Below, piece after piece: positions 16,606 through 20,000 of a DNA stretch of 20,000 nucleotides. Numbering within the stretch: the first letter of the stretch is position 1; each line of letters begins with the position of its first letter. Made by a program: the position numbers and the translations under genes. The notes beneath the pieces were generated by a model, which did not search any database, was not told the origin of the DNA, and worked only from the letters and a program-made list of their open reading frames with translations. This DNA is from an uncultured virus (IMG/VR IMGVR_UViG_3300016457_001349) (taxonomy: Duplodnaviria > Heunggongvirae > Uroviricota > Caudoviricetes). Location: IMG/VR virus record IMGVR_UViG_3300016457_001349; one strand, given 5' to 3'.

Positions 16606-17574
16606 TTAAGTTAAAGTATTCCATCTTAGGCCTTGCGGCATTAATACCAGACCTAATTCTACTCGCTTTCCTTTTAATTTTGGTACTCTTACTAAATAAG
16701 GCATAAAAGGACCATCGTAGTAATGAATATCTTCTAATGGAACTTCAAATTTCAACATCCTACCCTCTTCTCGAGAGTGAAAAGAAAAAGCAGCCCAAGG
16801 ATCAACCGCTAAATGAAGTCCCCTTCCAGTTTCTCTTTTATAATCAGGATCCCAATCGGGTGCTACTATTTCATCTTTGGAATAGTCGATTTGTCCCGTG
16901 TAGAAATCCTTATAGTCCTTTTGCACCCATTTGTATAGGGTTATTTTCTTCGATTTTGTTAAACCGTTCCACTCTAACCACTCATTAAGATTTCTAATTG
17001 TATCATAAGGTGCTATTCTCGGGTGCCCCTTTGAACCAAAAGAGGCTATCAGGACTTCTGAATTATAAGATTTACCCTGACTCCAATCATATAAGGTTGC
17101 CTTAGATGAATCATAAAACTTCCCCTTCGTCATATCAAAAAATAGAGCTTCTGACTGATCATTCAAAATTCCTTCGGAAAACATAAAGAAAACTCCAAAA
17201 GAATTATCAAATAAATAACCTTTAGAACTTGCTTCGAAATAACCTAAAGAAAAATCTCTTAAGCAAGCCTTAGAATCTGCAAAAAATCTTCCAAAGGAAT
17301 AATCGAATAAATAAGCCAGAGATTCACTAGAGAACTGTCCTTGAGATCTGTTATGCAGAATAGCTGTTGAATGGCCAGAGAGAAAAACTTTGGATTGATC
17401 ATAAACTTCTACCCAATATTTTCCGTCTAATTCAACCGAAGATTTTCCCCTGAGAACTATTTGAGAATAAGGAGGAAATTCAACCCTTCCCAGGTTCACA
17501 TTATCTAAAAGAATTTCTTCACCAAGTCCAAATTTAATCTCGGTTAGATCTTTTTTTGATTCCATTATTCTCAT
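16606..17574 (-). CDS. Family-A paralog 2
   Basis: Start revised to MRIMESKK (AGGAG at 17581-17585); same architecture; ETGRGLHL. Confidence 0.85.
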   Translation of the reverse strand: MRIMESKKDLTEIKFGLGEEILLDNVNLGRVEFPPYSQIVLRGKSSVELDGKYWVEVYDQSKVFLSGHSTAILHNRSQGQFSSESLAYLFDYSFGRFFADSKACLRDFSLGYFEASSKGYLFDNSFGVFFMFSEGILNDQSEALFFDMTKGKFYDSSKATLYDWSQGKSYNSEVLIASFGSKGHPRIAPYDTIRNLNEWLEWNGLTKSKKITLYKWVQKDYKDFYTGQIDYSKDEIVAPDWDPDYKRETGRGLHLAVDPWAAFSFHSREEGRMLKFEVPLEDIHYYDGPFMPYLVRVPKLKGKRVELGLVLMPQGLRWNTLT

Positions 17575-17575
17575 T

Positions 17576-18658
17576 TTAAGCTCCTTTCTTTTCAACCCAT
17601 CCATTTTCAGTAAGTTCTAGTTCTGCAACAAATTGATTTAATTTTGGCACTCTTAACTTATTGGGAAAATCAACGTCTTCTTTTAAACAAGGATAGAGAT
17701 CTCTGACTGGAACTTTGAATTTAAGCATTCGGCCCTCATGAATATCAAAGAAGGAAAAAGCGATCCAAGGATTTACTGCTAAATGAAGTCCTCTTCCGCA
17801 TTCATCATCATATTCTGGATCCCAATCCGGAGCAATAATTTCTTCCCGTGAGTAGTCAATGGTATTACTATGAAAATCTTTATAATTAGTTCTAACCCAC
17901 TTGTAAAGATAGACATAATCTCCCCCAATCTCGGCCCCGGCCCATTTTAACCACTCTTTGACGTTTTTCACTTCTAAGATTCTTTTGATTACTTTACTGT
18001 CTCCGAAGGTTTCAAATTTGGCCTTCTTTGAGAATGAAGTTCCTCGGCTCCAATTGTAAAAAGTACCACTCGAAAAATCAAAAAGGTTTCCGGATGAACT
18101 ATGGAAAAATTTTCCCTTTGCTCTTCGAACCAGATCGCCGGAAGTAGAATTGAGAAAAATACCATTTGATTCATCAGAAAAGAAGCCATAGCTTCTGCTG
18201 GAGAGAACTCCGATTGATTTGTTAAAGAAATTTGCCTTAGAAAAGTTCTTTAAAACCCCCCTAGACCTATCAAAAAACATTCCCTCTGAAAAATCCATTA
18301 AATAGCCTTTAGCATCTTTTCTGAATCTTCCGTGAGCATGTGCGGAAAGGGTGGCTCTTCCACCATAAAGATCCACCTTCGCATGCTCCATCGCATGAAC
18401 TTCGCTTGGCTCTAAAAAAGTTGCATAAGCTCTTCCATATACATTAGCTTTGCACTCAGCTTCGGCTAGAACTACTGAGGCATCAAAAACTTGTAAGTTT
18501 GCTTTTTTAAATACCTTAACTTTCGAATTACCTAGTACTCTAATTCTCAGATTACTGGGGACATCTCTTAATTCAATTTCTAAATCTTTAATAAAAATAA
18601 GATCACCTTCTTTAAGGCTTTTAAAATCTTTCTCAGATCTTATATCTTTAGCTTCCAT
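17576..18658 (-). CDS. Family-A paralog 3 (longest repeat region)
   Basis: Start revised to MEAKDIR (AGGAG at 18664-18668); about 21 repeats; ECGRGLHL. Confidence 0.85.
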   Translation of the reverse strand: MEAKDIRSEKDFKSLKEGDLIFIKDLEIELRDVPSNLRIRVLGNSKVKVFKKANLQVFDASVVLAEAECKANVYGRAYATFLEPSEVHAMEHAKVDLYGGRATLSAHAHGRFRKDAKGYLMDFSEGMFFDRSRGVLKNFSKANFFNKSIGVLSSRSYGFFSDESNGIFLNSTSGDLVRRAKGKFFHSSSGNLFDFSSGTFYNWSRGTSFSKKAKFETFGDSKVIKRILEVKNVKEWLKWAGAEIGGDYVYLYKWVRTNYKDFHSNTIDYSREEIIAPDWDPEYDDECGRGLHLAVNPWIAFSFFDIHEGRMLKFKVPVRDLYPCLKEDVDFPNKLRVPKLNQFVAELELTENGWVEKKGA

Positions 18659-18659
18659 T

Positions 18660-19604
18660 TTAACTCCTTTCAATCCATTTATTATGATCTAAATAAAGCT
18701 CTGCCTCAAACTTCTGAAGTTTGGGAACTCGTACTTTATAAGGATAACAACAATCAGCCTTTAAATAGGGATAAAGATCTTTAAGTGGAACTTTGAATTT
18801 TAACATTCGACCCTCATGCATCGGAAAAAACGAGTACGCGGTCCAGGGATCTGCTGCAAGATGGAGTCCTTCACCGCACTCAAAAAAAGAATCCGGGGTG
18901 AAATCTGGTGCTACTATTTTTTCCTGTGAGTAATCGATAGTACCAGAGAAAAAGTCTCTATAATTTTTATCTACCCACTTATAAAGATAAATGTGATCTT
19001 CTTCAGCTTTTATATTGAGCCACTTTAACCATTCTTTTTTACTTCTAGGTTCAAATCTTTTTCTTTGAACTTTACTCTGACCATACGTTTCTACTTTGGC
19101 ATTTGAAGACATCAAATCACAGTAGCTCCAATCATAAAGGGTTGCTGAGGACATATCAAACAGAGCAGCATAGCTTTTTTCTCGTAAGATAGCACTAGAT
19201 TCATCTTTCAAAGTAGCTCTTGCAAAACCAAAAAGAACTGCTGAAGCCTTTCCAAACATAAGGGCACTTCCACCCTGAAAGTAACCAAAGGCTTCATCTA
19301 CGAGGGTGACCTGAGAACCGAAAAATCTTCCTCGGGCCTTCCCACCTAGACAAACCTTTGCTTCATTATTAAACGAACCCTCAGCTTCATCTTTTAAAGT
19401 GGCACAGGTTTTTCCATCAACTCTCACAGAAGAATTATCACTTACCTGAAGTTTTCGAACAGATTCCAAACGAACGTTTGATCGACCTCTGACGTAAAGG
19501 GTGATATTGTAAGGGACTTCAATAAATCCCAAATTAAGATCCACAATCTCTACTATATCCTCGGGCTGGATATATTGGAGATCGAATTTGTTTTTAATTC
19601 TCAT
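18660..19604 (-). CDS. Family-A paralog 4
   Basis: Start revised to MRIKNKF (AGGAGGT at 19610-19616); ECGEGLHL. Confidence 0.85.
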   Translation of the reverse strand: MRIKNKFDLQYIQPEDIVEIVDLNLGFIEVPYNITLYVRGRSNVRLESVRKLQVSDNSSVRVDGKTCATLKDEAEGSFNNEAKVCLGGKARGRFFGSQVTLVDEAFGYFQGGSALMFGKASAVLFGFARATLKDESSAILREKSYAALFDMSSATLYDWSYCDLMSSNAKVETYGQSKVQRKRFEPRSKKEWLKWLNIKAEEDHIYLYKWVDKNYRDFFSGTIDYSQEKIVAPDFTPDSFFECGEGLHLAADPWTAYSFFPMHEGRMLKFKVPLKDLYPYLKADCCYPYKVRVPKLQKFEAELYLDHNKWIERS

Positions 19605-19999
19605 TTTGAACCTCCTTTGATTTCTTTCCATTCATTGTTTTCAAGTCTGAGTTCCGCTACAAATTTTTTAAGTTTTGGAACTCGTACTTTATAAGGAAAA
19701 TGACAATTTTTTCTCAAATAAGGATAAACATCTTTAAGAGGAACTCTGAATTTCAGCATTCGTCCTTCGCGTGCCGAACAGAAGGAGAAGGCGGTCCAGG
19801 GGTCGATCGCTAAATGGAGCGCTTCGCCGCACTCGTCCTCACTCGAAGGGTTCCAGTCTTCGGCTTCTACTTCATCCTTTGAGTAATCAACCATGCCTGA
19901 AAAAAAGTCTCTATAATTTTTATCTACCCACTTATAAAGATAAATGTGATCTTCTTCAGCTTTTATATTGAGCCACTTTAACCATTCTTTTTTACTTCT
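19601..19999 (-). CDS. Family-A paralog 5, C-terminal part (begins beyond window)
   Basis: Frame is open to the window edge (RSKKEWLKWL...YKWVDKNYRDFFSGMVDYS); ECGEALHL variant. Confidence 0.85.
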   Translation of the reverse strand, partial: RSKKEWLKWLNIKAEEDHIYLYKWVDKNYRDFFSGMVDYSKDEVEAEDWNPSSEDECGEALHLAIDPWTAFSFCSAREGRMLKFRVPLKDVYPYLRKNCHFPYKVRVPKLKKFVAELRLENNEWKEIKGGSK

Positions 20000-20000
20000 A

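Noticed and set aside
15612..19604. Classic pentapeptide or hexapeptide (LbH) repeat annotation
   Set aside because: The period is consistently 8 residues, not 5 or 6.
1626..19971. Plus-strand ORFs and alternate-frame minus ORFs (10107-10346, 17989-18189)
   Set aside because: Nearly all are shadows of well-supported minus-strand genes; 11937-12119 lies in low-complexity DNA without an RBS.

Overview
AT-rich fragment of a tailed dsDNA virus (Caudoviricetes-like phage or prophage). The host is probably bacterial, judging from strong GGAGG RBSs, a sigma54-type promoter, intrinsic terminators and a lipoprotein-like gene. All credible genes are on the minus strand. In transcription order (right to left): (1) a tandem array of at least 5 paralogous ~315-360 aa genes, each with a variable 8-residue-repeat solenoid and a conserved ECGxGLHL C-terminal domain whose motif order resembles an ADP-ribosyltransferase fold; (2) a tandem triplet of ~125 aa paralogs; (3) two orphans and a terminator; (4) a ~3 kb non-coding region with about 15 AAAGGTACAATT boxes in 21-bp phase, an AT-rich palindrome and a compositional skew flip (origin- or pac-like); (5) a ~1.6 kb block bracketed by GC-rich GGTACCCGGGGCGG repeats, holding a sigma54-type promoter, a fourth copy of the 125 aa family and an HTH-like gene; (6) many small accessory genes (DUF3431-like, RyR-domain, degenerate HAD, NDT-like, one intact and one degenerate N4/N6 DNA methyltransferase); (7) the terminase large subunit and the start of a probable portal. 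Family assignments come from motif recognition by eye; no searches were run.
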